Origin: Cyanobacteria bacterium auto_48_18
GTDB taxonomy: Bacteria; Cyanobacteriota; Vampirovibrionia; Obscuribacterales; Obscuribacteraceae
Direction of reading: 5' to 3'
Length of the DNA stretch: 64,000 nt
Assembly: GCA_036170915.1 (NCBI GenBank)
Contig: JAVHQC010000035.1
Coordinates: 128,001 to 192,000 of the forward strand
This document shows, in pieces, positions 48,805 to 58,499 of the stretch (position 1 is its first letter; every line of letters begins with the position of its first letter). The position numbers and the translations under genes were made by a program. The notes under the pieces are model-generated. The model worked only from the letters and a program-made list of their open reading frames with translations, was not told where the DNA came from and made no database searches.

Positions 48805-49329
48805 ATGTCAGGTTCCTGTCCCTATTGCGGTGCCAAACTAAATTACGGAATTAAGTTCTGCGTAGTTTGTGGACGGCCAATTACAGGCCAAGAAAGCGCC
48901 GGCAGTAAAATGGGCGGCGGTATGCGTTCTGGTATCAGACCGGCCGACGTAACACGCAGGCTCGATGATCTGATGACTGTGGCTCGCTTTAGACGTTCGA
49001 AGCGCACCACTTCTCTCGACACCAACGTGCGCTGGCTCGGCCTCAACGGAGTTTCAGTGGCACTGGGGGTAGTGCTGTTTTTCTGTGCCGTAAAGATCAG
49101 TCTAGATGGTGGTCTGGTAAAACGCACCGATGCCCACATCTCACCCCTGGCAGGCATATTAACCAAGCTTGGCATGGACGATCTGGGCAAGAAAAATCCC
49201 TTAGACCAATGGTTCAAGCCAGCCAAGCCGGCAAGCAAAACTCCTTCTAAAAATCCGGCTAAAGCCGACTCGAAGAAGAAAGTAAAGGTCAAAGTGAAGA
49301 AAAACAAAGCCGAGCAGCCGCAGCGCTAA
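48805..49329 (+). CDS. Zinc-ribbon single-pass membrane protein
   Basis: CPYCG..KFCVVCG, one TM helix, Lys-rich tail. Confidence 0.75.
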   Translation: MSGSCPYCGAKLNYGIKFCVVCGRPITGQESAGSKMGGGMRSGIRPADVTRRLDDLMTVARFRRSKRTTSLDTNVRWLGLNGVSVALGVVLFFCAVKISLDGGLVKRTDAHISPLAGILTKLGMDDLGKKNPLDQWFKPAKPASKTPSKNPAKADSKKKVKVKVKKNKAEQPQR

Positions 49330-49538
49330 GTTATTAGTCTAACGATGCCATGCTCAAGCAAAAGAGCAAACTGCTCTTGAGTCCAGTGTTTTTTAACTTT
49401 AGGCGAGTGTTGCAAAGTTGCGCGAATGACTTTGTCACCAGCCCCGGTGACTTCGTAGATATATTCTTTTTCAAACAATGGCGGAGCTTTGACTGCAATC
49501 AGTTGACCCTTAACCAAATTGAATTCGTTTTCGTCCAT
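49326..49538 (-). CDS. Small hypothetical protein (70 aa)
   Basis: Starts 6 nt after the ACAD stop, same strand; globular-looking sequence. Confidence 0.6.
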   Translation of the reverse strand: MDENEFNLVKGQLIAVKAPPLFEKEYIYEVTGAGDKVIRATLQHSPKVKKHWTQEQFALLLEHGIVRLIT

Positions 49539-49544
49539 GGCAGC

Positions 49545-50711
49545 CTAGACCGATGTCACCAGTTGCCTGCCCAGATCGACCTTCAGCGAGTCTCCACTGT
49601 GCTCATAAAGCTGATATACCTTGGCGTCACGCATCAATTTTTCCACCGGATATTCGCGTGAATATCCATATCCACCAAAAATCTGTACGGCATCTGTGGT
49701 GACCCGCATAACCATCTCTTGTGCGAAAGCTTTAGCACAAACGGCTTCCGTGGCAGACATAATATTTTGATCTGCCAGCTGAGCGGCTTGCCAAACTAGC
49801 AACCTGGCCGCTTCAATGTCTTTGGCCATGTCGGCCAACATAAACGAAACAGCCTGGTGCTGAGAAATGGTCACACCAAATGTAGTTCTCTCTTTGGCAT
49901 ACTTAAGAGCATGAGCCAGGGCACTGCGGGCAACACCAACCATGCCAGCGGCAATAATCGGATATGTACGCACCATTGCCCGACGATAAAGGCTCTCTCC
50001 TTGTCCTTCACCACCGAGGAGCGCCGATTGGTCAAGATAGATTTCGTCCATTCTCGTGGCGCAAATCACCTGAGCCTTACGACCGAGGCCGTGTACGCGC
50101 TCACCAAAATCTAAATCGTCATCGGCACTAACTAAAAAATAACTGAAGCTAGAATTATGGACTTTCGCTACTGGCGGCTCATTTTCATTGACATCAGCTT
50201 CACGCCGGTCTTCGCTGGCTGCCACCAGGTACCAATTACCGATGCCGCCATTAACGAGAGCTGCGTGTTTGCCGCTGAGAATATAGCGATTGCCCTCTTT
50301 ACGATAAAAAATGCGACCATTTTTTAGACCACCAGACATTGTAAAACCGGCTAATAGCGGCGCATTCATTAATGGGGTGAGAAATTTCTCTTTCTGCTCG
50401 TCTGTGCCGAAATCAATCACAAATTGTTGAGCCACTGTTGATGCCTCTACACCACCAGCAATACCGCTGCATCCAGCTGCCAGTTCTTCGGCAATGACAC
50501 AACCATCAAGACATCCGAGACCCAGACCGTTGTATTTTTCCGGCACTGCAGCGTTAACCAGCCCGGTCTCGAAAAGCTTTTCAAAAATGACCTGAGGAAA
50601 CTCACCACTCTGGTCATATTTATGAGCGGTGCCGGCAATCTCACGGGTGGCAAACTCGCGCGCCAGTTTCTGGTATTCGAGCTGGTCTTCGCTTAGCTTA
50701 TGGGTGAGCAT
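49545..50711 (-). CDS. Acyl-CoA dehydrogenase family protein (degenerate FAD/active-site motifs)
   Basis: EELAAGC, YAKER..FG..I..HQAV.F.LADM, AVQIFGGYGY.REYPVEKLMRDAK. Lacks TEPxxGSD and has LYEHS in place of IYEGT. Confidence 0.88.
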   Translation of the reverse strand: MLTHKLSEDQLEYQKLAREFATREIAGTAHKYDQSGEFPQVIFEKLFETGLVNAAVPEKYNGLGLGCLDGCVIAEELAAGCSGIAGGVEASTVAQQFVIDFGTDEQKEKFLTPLMNAPLLAGFTMSGGLKNGRIFYRKEGNRYILSGKHAALVNGGIGNWYLVAASEDRREADVNENEPPVAKVHNSSFSYFLVSADDDLDFGERVHGLGRKAQVICATRMDEIYLDQSALLGGEGQGESLYRRAMVRTYPIIAAGMVGVARSALAHALKYAKERTTFGVTISQHQAVSFMLADMAKDIEAARLLVWQAAQLADQNIMSATEAVCAKAFAQEMVMRVTTDAVQIFGGYGYSREYPVEKLMRDAKVYQLYEHSGDSLKVDLGRQLVTSV

Positions 50712-50969
50712 GATTTTTCCTGATTACCTGATTCTATTTGTAGATGTTGTAGATATTGTAGGGCCTGGCCAATTAGCGTCTTATTATGGAGTTAAAACAA
50801 TTATTCTTGACAATTATTGCACCCTGCAAAAACGTGGCCGGCTGCGGCTTGTGGAGAAGGCCTAAAATATTATTCATCAATACAGGGCTAAAGCGTGCCT
50901 TCAGTGCTTGACCCGCGGGCTCTGGCAGGGCATCATTACACTGTCAAGAAGATCTGATTCGATTATCAA

Positions 50970-51662
50970 ATGAACGTGCTCGTCGCTCCATCAATTTTGT
51001 CAGCCGACTTCTCCCGCCTGGGTGAAGAAGTTAAACGCGCTGAGGACGGCGGCGCCGATTGGATTCACGTTGACGTCATGGATGGCCACTTCGTCCCCAA
51101 TTTGACTATTGGCGCTCCGGTGGTCAAATGTCTTAAGGGTGTAACAAGTTTGCCCCTTGATGTGCACTTAATGATCACCGACCCTGATCGCTACCTGTCT
51201 GATTTTGCTGACGCTGGTGCCGATTACATCACAGTGCATCAAGAAGCTTGCAATCACCTGCAAAGAACTCTGTCTCATATTCGCAGCCTGGGAAAAAAAG
51301 CGGGAGTAGCTCTTAACCCGGCCACAGCTGAAGACAGCCTAAAATACGTTTTGCAAGATCTAGACCTGGTGTTGATTATGTCGGTTAATCCTGGTTTTGG
51401 CGGACAAAAATTTATTGCCGAAGTGCTGCCTAAAATAGCCAATTTGAGAAAAATGTTTGACCAGGCAGGCAGACCTGATGTTGTCATTTCAGTAGATGGT
51501 GGTATCAACGCTGATACCGCTAAACAAGTCGTCGCTCATGGAGCAAACGCGGTAGTAGCTGGTAATTTTGTTTATGGTGCACCCGATTTAACCAAGGCCA
51601 TCAAAGATTTGAAAGCAGCGGGAAGCAATGTCCCGGCTAAAGAAAAAGCAATTTTAAAGTAG
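50970..51662 (+). CDS. rpe: Ribulose-phosphate 3-epimerase
   Basis: APSILSADF, HVDVMDGHFVPN, DVHLMI, MSVNPGFGGQ, VDGG. Confidence 0.97.
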   Translation: MNVLVAPSILSADFSRLGEEVKRAEDGGADWIHVDVMDGHFVPNLTIGAPVVKCLKGVTSLPLDVHLMITDPDRYLSDFADAGADYITVHQEACNHLQRTLSHIRSLGKKAGVALNPATAEDSLKYVLQDLDLVLIMSVNPGFGGQKFIAEVLPKIANLRKMFDQAGRPDVVISVDGGINADTAKQVVAHGANAVVAGNFVYGAPDLTKAIKDLKAAGSNVPAKEKAILK

Positions 51663-51675
51663 TAAGGAGAGAACA

Positions 51676-52266
51676 ATGACCGAGTCGTTGAAAATGACCA
51701 GGCTAATTTGCAGAGGGCTAACATTTGCTCTGGTATCATCCTTGATATCAATGCAATTGCTGACAAGTCCGGCTGCCATAGCCAGTTACGATGACATCGT
51801 CGTAGATACTTCTGAGATCGGACGTTCTCACCATGGTGTTGTAAGCTCCGATCAATTCCTTGAACTGGGAGTGCCTTCAGCAAATGGATTGCGCATTGAA
51901 GGCGAACAGGCCATGCGTTTGGGAAAATTAGACCGCGCCATTATGGTACTGCAGCGCTCGATTGAGCTAGCACCGATGGACATGGACGGACGCATTCTCT
52001 ATGCAGAGGCACTGGAGAAAAAGCTGATACGCTCTAAGCCTCGTGACCCGGCTCTCTATAATTACGTGGTCAAGCAATGGCTATTTGTGGCCAAGAGCGC
52101 TGAGTTTGCAGATCAAGGCATGCAGGGCTTTAACCACTTAATGAAAGTTTGCGGCACAGTACCGAAGAAATGGGAAAAAGAGAAAAAATTCCTTTCCCGT
52201 GTACTTATTCCTGAAGATGGTTCTGCACCAGTACAACTGGGTCGTCGCAACGTTACAGCTCTTTAG
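51676..52266 (+). CDS. Exported TPR-like protein
   Basis: Signal peptide, then GKLDRAIMVLQRSIELAP..GRILYAEAL (TPR pattern). AAGGAG RBS. Confidence 0.65.
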   Translation: MTESLKMTRLICRGLTFALVSSLISMQLLTSPAAIASYDDIVVDTSEIGRSHHGVVSSDQFLELGVPSANGLRIEGEQAMRLGKLDRAIMVLQRSIELAPMDMDGRILYAEALEKKLIRSKPRDPALYNYVVKQWLFVAKSAEFADQGMQGFNHLMKVCGTVPKKWEKEKKFLSRVLIPEDGSAPVQLGRRNVTAL

Positions 52267-52684
52267 TCTGCTTTTGAGATTTTATGCTTGATTGTCCAAG
52301 TTTGATCAAATCGATCAAGCATGCAACTGCACCCCAGATAACTGCTATCAGGCTTATGCTAAGCCAGGCCCAGGGGGAGTGCATGCTAACTAAATGATCC
52401 TTCATCGCCAGAACCTGACCGACAAATTTGTCGCTTTCCAGATTGATCAATATCAATAGAAAAAAACCAATCAAACCGTTGAATATGCCAAACAGCAAGG
52501 TCAGCCAAGACAGCCGCCAGAGCATCAATAATGGGAAAAAGCCAAGCAATAAAAGTGTGTCAGGCAGCCATATATCTTTACTGCCACCTGGTATTTGAAA
52601 GGCGAGAACAAGGCTTAAAACCCAGAGCAATGTCGACAAGATAGTTGCGACCCAACCGGCTCTTGATCGCTCTTTCAGTTTCAT
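52253..52684 (-). CDS. Small membrane protein (about 4 TM)
   Basis: ATG 1 nt after the TOPRIM gene stop; about four hydrophobic segments. Confidence 0.7.
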   Translation of the reverse strand: MKLKERSRAGWVATILSTLLWVLSLVLAFQIPGGSKDIWLPDTLLLLGFFPLLMLWRLSWLTLLFGIFNGLIGFFLLILINLESDKFVGQVLAMKDHLVSMHSPWAWLSISLIAVIWGAVACLIDLIKLGQSSIKSQKQTKEL

Positions 52685-52685
52685 T

Positions 52686-53900
52686 TCATTCACCCGAAAG
52701 AGTAAGGCGCACAGCGTCAATAACTTTAGCCATTTCTTGAGGAACATCTGCAGCACTGGAACATGATTGCACTACTTGATGAGCAAAAGCAATTTTGTCA
52801 AAATCACCCAGCCCGCGATCTCTAAAAATTTTGTTCAAAGCTGCTTTGCGACGCCCAATATCAGGAATATCAAACTCAGAGCTGGCCAGCGTTTGGCCAA
52901 ACTTGCTCAGTTGTTCGGATAAAAGAAAATAGAGTTGGTCCGGAGGATAACTATCCTCCAGCTCTATCACCGCCAGTGATACCAGCCGGTCACCGTTACG
53001 CAACGAATCATCAATTAACTCAGCGGCATCGGCAGCATCGCCGTCGAGCACGCAAACAACCGGCAAGCGTACAGTGTCTTTGATGGTCAGATAGCGCCGC
53101 GCCACTTGCTTCGCACCGCCACTGGCAATCACTTCCACGCCATTTAAACTAAAGGGTAAGCCCTGCAAACCAGCAAAGTGCGGTAGTACAATAGCCTCGG
53201 TCTGACCTTCCACCAGCAGCAAAAGATTTGGCCTGAGTTTACCGGCCAATTGACTAGCGCATTGCCAAACCAAGTTGGACAGCGCCTCTACATCTAAGTT
53301 TTGAATCGGTCCGTTTTTTGAAATTTGTGCTTTTAGTTCAACAAAAATGTCCTGCACTAAAAGTACACGCTCCAGGTCTTCTGCTTTCTCGCGAGCGTTT
53401 AAAGTTGAAAGCTCGTTGAATTGCCAGTCTACCGATGCTAGAAGGCAGATGGTAAGCCAGGCTTTAGCAGCTGCAGAATTTGAGTCGGTCAGATTGTTTA
53501 TTAAAGCCTGCATTTTCTCACTTAGCTGAGGCTTGGCTTTTTCTGCCAAAGTGATTTGCCGCTGATGCCACTGCTGATACCAGCTATTTAAGGCAGTCTC
53601 GCTAAAAACTCGCAGGTCATCGAGGCCAATTGCCAGACTGAGCACTTCTGAGAGACTCGGTTCTTCGTGCACATGAGGTCCGAAAATTTGTCCGAAAGTT
53701 TGTGCCAGAACAAAATAATCGTTCTCTAAAACTCGCAATAGTGGCTTAGCTTCTAAATTTTTCCCTAGATACTTCACCACTGTTTTGCGCATACGGGCAA
53801 AGCGGCTCGCCGGTTCTTCAAAAGCAAGCTGACGCAGCGCGGCAACGAACAATTCACTCACATCCGGCGTACGAAAAACTAATTGCGGCGAGCGCGACAA
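52686..53900 (-). CDS. OLD-family-like TOPRIM nuclease domain protein without an ATPase domain
   Basis: LLLVEGQTE, VEVIASGG, VCVLDGD (DxD), ELEDSY and K..FA match the OLD TOPRIM pattern. The N-terminal ~220 aa has no Walker A. Confidence 0.75.
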   Translation of the reverse strand: MSRSPQLVFRTPDVSELFVAALRQLAFEEPASRFARMRKTVVKYLGKNLEAKPLLRVLENDYFVLAQTFGQIFGPHVHEEPSLSEVLSLAIGLDDLRVFSETALNSWYQQWHQRQITLAEKAKPQLSEKMQALINNLTDSNSAAAKAWLTICLLASVDWQFNELSTLNAREKAEDLERVLLVQDIFVELKAQISKNGPIQNLDVEALSNLVWQCASQLAGKLRPNLLLLVEGQTEAIVLPHFAGLQGLPFSLNGVEVIASGGAKQVARRYLTIKDTVRLPVVCVLDGDAADAAELIDDSLRNGDRLVSLAVIELEDSYPPDQLYFLLSEQLSKFGQTLASSEFDIPDIGRRKAALNKIFRDRGLGDFDKIAFAHQVVQSCSSAADVPQEMAKVIDAVRLTLSGE

Positions 53901-54007
53901 ACTTCGTAACTACCCCTTGGCTAAACCATACTGAGCATATAGTCTAGTAAGTTCGCTCAATGCAAGCAAGCAACAGGTTGTTTTTGGGCCATCCCAAGGT
54001 CAAGCCT

Positions 54008-55420
54008 ATGTCTTCCACCGAAAGCGAGCATGAGCTCAACGACGCTCACAGCTTAGACGATCGGCTCGTCAGCGGGTCTACCTGGGCTGCCATATGGCAC
54101 ATGAGCTGGCCGATGCTGATTCAAATGCTCGTCATCGCTCTGGCCAGCTTTGTCGACATCAAAGTGGCTGGAGAATTAGGCTCAGAGACCCAGGCAGCTT
54201 TAGGCATCTGCAATCAGATCTGGTTTTTGATGTTGCTTTTAACAGTGGCATTATCATCGGGCACCATGGCGCTAATCAGCCGCTTCTGGGGAGCACGAGA
54301 TTATAAACAAGCTGTGGAAGCAGGCAGACAGTCACTAATTTTCTGCATACTTTTCGGCATTGGTTCAACCCTTGCCGGTTTTGCAGCAGCCAAACCACTT
54401 TTGGCCATGGCCGGCGCCAATGCCAATGTGCAATCACTGGGATGGCAATATCTTTCTATCGATCTGCTTTCGCAGTTGCCTTTCACCATTGTCTGGACAG
54501 CGCATTCAATGTTTCGCGCCATGGGCAATTCGCGCGTGCCGCTGGTTAACTGGTTATTCATGACTGTGGTAATCATCAGTCTGGATTATTTTCTTTGTTT
54601 AGGCCCGCTTCAGTTGGGTGTGGCCGGCATCGGCTGGGCCTGGCTGGTAGGCGGAGTGATTGGCATGAGCCTCAATATTTATTTGTTGTCCCGGTCTGAA
54701 CTGGCAGCTTCGCTCAATTTGTGGCCGGCTATCAAAGCGGGTCTTACACCAGAAACAAAAGAATGGGTCTGGCGCATTCTCAGAATCGGCATTCCCACCT
54801 GCATTCAAGATTTAGCCTGGGTGCTCGGTAATTTCGCTCTCTTCCTCATTTTTGCTATGACCAAAAACCCCACTGCCTGTCAGGCTTCGTGGACAATCGG
54901 CTTTAGAGTGGAAGAAATGATTTGCACGTTGCCCTTGCATGCTCTGGCAACCTCAATCGGCACAATCGTAGGCCAAAATTTGGGCGCAGGAAAACCAGAC
55001 AGGGCCGAACAAACAGGCTGGCAGGCCATGAAAATCGGTCTGGCAATTTGCATTCCCATGGCGCTAATTATGTTTTTGTTTGCCACGCCGCTGGCTGCCA
55101 CCATGAGCAAAGACGCCAGCGTAATTGTCTACACCGCCGACTATTTTCGCATCATTGGATGCTGTGAGCCCCTGGTAGCATGCTGGATCATTCTATTTGG
55201 CGCCATGGCCGGAGCAGGGTATACAAAATGGCCCATGTGGATTGGCATAATCTGCCTCACAGTGGTGCGCCTGCCGCTGGCATACTATCTGGCTACCGTA
55301 CACGGCCTGAACATGGGCCCTTCAGGCATCTGGCTCAGCCTGGCCATATCTGCCGCGGTAATTGGTTTGCTGGCTGTCTGGCGCTTCAAAAGTGGCGTTT
55401 GGAAAAATCAGCAGGTTTAG
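54008..55420 (+). CDS. MATE family efflux transporter
   Basis: About 12 TM helices; ISRFWGA, FRAMGNSRVP, LRIGIP, VGQNLGAG. Confidence 0.92.
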   Translation: MSSTESEHELNDAHSLDDRLVSGSTWAAIWHMSWPMLIQMLVIALASFVDIKVAGELGSETQAALGICNQIWFLMLLLTVALSSGTMALISRFWGARDYKQAVEAGRQSLIFCILFGIGSTLAGFAAAKPLLAMAGANANVQSLGWQYLSIDLLSQLPFTIVWTAHSMFRAMGNSRVPLVNWLFMTVVIISLDYFLCLGPLQLGVAGIGWAWLVGGVIGMSLNIYLLSRSELAASLNLWPAIKAGLTPETKEWVWRILRIGIPTCIQDLAWVLGNFALFLIFAMTKNPTACQASWTIGFRVEEMICTLPLHALATSIGTIVGQNLGAGKPDRAEQTGWQAMKIGLAICIPMALIMFLFATPLAATMSKDASVIVYTADYFRIIGCCEPLVACWIILFGAMAGAGYTKWPMWIGIICLTVVRLPLAYYLATVHGLNMGPSGIWLSLAISAAVIGLLAVWRFKSGVWKNQQV

Positions 55421-55481
55421 AATTGAACTTTTTACCTCGCGGCAACGTATACAAAAACGTGGCCTATTGTGGGGTGAAAAA

Positions 55482-56078
55482 ATGAGCGGCGTCAGATTAC
55501 AAATCAAAGAGAAATATGCAGCAGTCAACAATAAGAAGACTAGCAAGCCACAAGCTTCGACCAGTAGCCTTACGAGCCTGCTTAACTATCAGATTCCCAG
55601 GCTGAAACTTTATGTGGTGGAAGAGGGAGTTAGCCTGAAGCGACCCTATCCCAAAATCAAATCTGCTGAAGACGCCGCACTGCTTTTGAGCCCGCTACAT
55701 TTTGCCTCAGAAGAACATTTTGTCAGTTTGCACTTAAACACTAAATTTGAAGTTATTGGTTTGCACGAAGTTTCGCACGGCACTTTGTCGGCTTCTCTGG
55801 TACATCCACGTGAAGTATTCAAAGCAGCGCTGGTTGCCAATAGCTACGCTATTCTTGTTTGCCACAACCATCCATCTGGAGCCAAACTGGCACCTTCAAA
55901 AGAAGATTTTGAAACCACGAAGCAACTGCTGGCGGCTGGTAAGGTACTGGGTGTCACCGTGCTCGATCATCTAATTTTGGGCTTGCGAGCAAACATTAAT
56001 GACCATCATCAAGCCGATTCTGAGAGTTCCGAAATATTTAGTTTCAGAGAAAATCACCCTCAATTGTGGGACTGTTAG
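55482..56078 (+). CDS. Short RadC-like JAB-domain protein
   Basis: EEHF..L.LNTK, GTL.ASLVHPREVFK.A, HNHPSG..PS.ED, LDHLI. No N-terminal HhH region. Confidence 0.9.
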   Translation: MSGVRLQIKEKYAAVNNKKTSKPQASTSSLTSLLNYQIPRLKLYVVEEGVSLKRPYPKIKSAEDAALLLSPLHFASEEHFVSLHLNTKFEVIGLHEVSHGTLSASLVHPREVFKAALVANSYAILVCHNHPSGAKLAPSKEDFETTKQLLAAGKVLGVTVLDHLILGLRANINDHHQADSESSEIFSFRENHPQLWDC

Positions 56079-56141
56079 CTGATTTCCAGTATGATCACTT
56101 GAAGTAGATACTCTTTTTAGGTTGTGGGAATGCGATAATTT

Positions 56142-57365
56142 ATGGCTTTTTGCTCAAAAAGAAATACGGCTGTAGTCAAAATTGGCGATCGAGAGCTGGG
56201 TGGTGCCTGCCCTGTGCTCGTACAGTCAATGACCAATACGCCCACCGAAGACCCGCAAGCCACAGCCAATCAGGTAATTGAGCTGGCAGACGCCGGTTCT
56301 GAAATTGTGCGCATAACAGTTAATACAAAAGAAGCAGCCAGGGCTGTTCCTACTATTGTCAGCCTGCTTGAGAAAAAGGGCTATAACACCCCTTTAGTTG
56401 GCGATTTCCACTATAACGGTCACCTGCTTCTTTCTGAATTTCAAGACTGCGCTAGGCTGCTGGCAAAGTATCGAATTAATCCGGGCAATGTTGGCCGCGG
56501 CGAGAAACACGACAATAATTTTAGAGCCATGGTGGAAGCAGCAGTCAAATGGCAAAAGCCAGTGCGCATCGGCGTCAACTGGGGTTCACTTGATCAAGAA
56601 TTGCTGGCAAAAATGATGGACGAAAATGCTTTATTGCCGCAGCCAAAAGATGCCCATGAAGTTCTGATTGACGCTATTGTCGAGAGTGCACTGTCATCAG
56701 CGGCGGTGGCAGAACGCTATGGCTTAGACCGCGGGCAAATTGTCTTATCAGCTAAAGTTTCAGAAGTGGTAGACCTTGTCAGTGTCTACCGCAGACTGGC
56801 AGCCTCTTGCTCATATGCCCTGCACTTGGGGCTAACTGAAGCCGGAATGGGGATGAAAGGCATTGTTGCCTCTACAGCTGCCCTCTCGGTACTTCTGGCG
56901 GAAGGCATTGGTGATACCATCAGAGTTAGCCTGACGCCGGCCCCTGGTGCTGCTCGCGATGAAGAAGTGCGGGTCTGTCAGCAAATTTTGCAATCACTGG
57001 GTATTCGCTCCTTTAATCCACAAGTGACCGCCTGCCCTGGTTGTGGTCGCACTACCAGCACCGTTTTTCAACAGCTGGCGCAGCAAATTCAAGAGCACTT
57101 AGTCACTGAACGCGCCCGCTGGCAAGAGAAATATCCTGGTGTAGAAGATTTGAAAGTGGCGGTGATGGGCTGTATCGTCAACGGTCCAGGCGAATCGAAA
57201 CACTCAGACATAGGCATATCATTACCGGGCACTGGTGAAGAACCGCGCGCGCCTGTTTATATTGACGGGCAGCATGTCACCACCCTTGATGGCGCGAATC
57301 TGGCTCAAGACTTCATTAAACTAGTCAATGATTACGTCGAGAAGCGTTACGCCGTCAAGGTTTAA
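56142..57365 (+). CDS. ispG: (E)-4-hydroxy-3-methylbut-2-enyl-diphosphate synthase
   Basis: [57 protein letters not shown]. Confidence 0.96.
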   Translation: MAFCSKRNTAVVKIGDRELGGACPVLVQSMTNTPTEDPQATANQVIELADAGSEIVRITVNTKEAARAVPTIVSLLEKKGYNTPLVGDFHYNGHLLLSEFQDCARLLAKYRINPGNVGRGEKHDNNFRAMVEAAVKWQKPVRIGVNWGSLDQELLAKMMDENALLPQPKDAHEVLIDAIVESALSSAAVAERYGLDRGQIVLSAKVSEVVDLVSVYRRLAASCSYALHLGLTEAGMGMKGIVASTAALSVLLAEGIGDTIRVSLTPAPGAARDEEVRVCQQILQSLGIRSFNPQVTACPGCGRTTSTVFQQLAQQIQEHLVTERARWQEKYPGVEDLKVAVMGCIVNGPGESKHSDIGISLPGTGEEPRAPVYIDGQHVTTLDGANLAQDFIKLVNDYVEKRYAVKV

Positions 57366-57375
57366 AAGGCGCTGA

Positions 57376-57406
57376 TTAAGCTCTGCACTGGTTAAGCTCT
57401 GCACTG
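57376..57406. repeat. 15-bp direct repeat between convergent genes
   Basis: ttaagctctgcactg-g-ttaagctctgcactg. Confidence 0.85.
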
Positions 57407-57409
57407 ATG

Positions 57410-58378
57410 CTAATTGGCATCAATCGAATTTTGAATGCGCGCGTTATAGGCCTTTGCACGTTCCTCTGGCGAAGTTACGGCGCCTTGGCGATTTCTATCA
57501 AACTCGTTAGCGCGGTCGTACACATCATTAACAGTGTAGGTGGACCACTGCGATACACCTTTCAAAGTTTTTTCCAGGTCTTGCTTATCGCGCGAAACTT
57601 TTGAGTGTGCTTCTGAACTGAGTTCACCATTTCCACTAATTAATAGGTTTGCTGATCCACCCATGATTCTCAACTGATCTTTGCCGTCTTCTCCCTTAAC
57701 AAGAGAGACACTATGAGACATGGTTTTTTCAACCTCAGTGATTACCCGACGAGCTGATTCAGGGTCGCTCATTAACTCCTTGGCTATGCTCGAAAGGGCT
57801 TGCCCATCACCGGTGATCATGGCGCGATTAAAGTCTCTTGTGGCTTGTGTCTCTGCAGGCGTGAGAGCACGTTCACCTTTTCTTAAAAAGGAATTCTCCA
57901 CAGAACTGTCCGCAGCTCTAAGTGCTGAATCTCGCTTCTCACTGTCAGCAATAGTTTCATTGCGTCCATCAACCTTAACCGGTCCCACTAAATCAATAAC
58001 TGTCTTTATGCCACGGTCAAACGGGCCAGTGGCAGGGTCAATAATGATTTCTTTGGGCAGACCGTCTTTGTCTCTAACTATTGAAGCCTTGCCTTCTTTT
58101 TCGAGCTTGGTCAGTGCTGAATCTAGCACTCCCTGCTCTTTTGCCAGGCTCAACGCTCCCATCATATTAGAGCGGGCACTGCCATCACCGCGTTCGACTT
58201 TGGCGGCAGCACTTTCAATATCACCTGCTCGATACTCGGCCAATTTATCTACAGAGGGTTCTTCGCGGGCCCGGTCATCCAGCCTCCCAGTTCTATAGAT
58301 ATAATTTTTAAGCTCTTTCTCATTGTCGAGCTCGGAATTATTGGTCTTGCTAGACCTGTCTGGTGCGTCTTTACCCAT
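57410..58378 (-). CDS. Hypothetical charged helical protein (322 aa)
   Basis: GAGG RBS and a long ORF. No recognised motif. Confidence 0.7.
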   Translation of the reverse strand: MGKDAPDRSSKTNNSELDNEKELKNYIYRTGRLDDRAREEPSVDKLAEYRAGDIESAAAKVERGDGSARSNMMGALSLAKEQGVLDSALTKLEKEGKASIVRDKDGLPKEIIIDPATGPFDRGIKTVIDLVGPVKVDGRNETIADSEKRDSALRAADSSVENSFLRKGERALTPAETQATRDFNRAMITGDGQALSSIAKELMSDPESARRVITEVEKTMSHSVSLVKGEDGKDQLRIMGGSANLLISGNGELSSEAHSKVSRDKQDLEKTLKGVSQWSTYTVNDVYDRANEFDRNRQGAVTSPEERAKAYNARIQNSIDAN

Positions 58379-58499
58379 GTTAAATCCCTCAATCTGACGT
58401 CATATTAAATGAGCCAAGAACTAAGCGATCCACGAGCTTAGAACTGCCTTGAAGGTTCTACCCCAAAAGGACAATTTCTAGACATTGGACGAAATAGAT

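Noticed and set aside
57720..58298. 192-aa plus-strand ORF (and similar shadow ORFs at 44688-45296 and 48843-49307)
   Set aside because: Antisense to longer, better-supported ORFs, with the Ser/Leu-rich composition typical of shadow frames.
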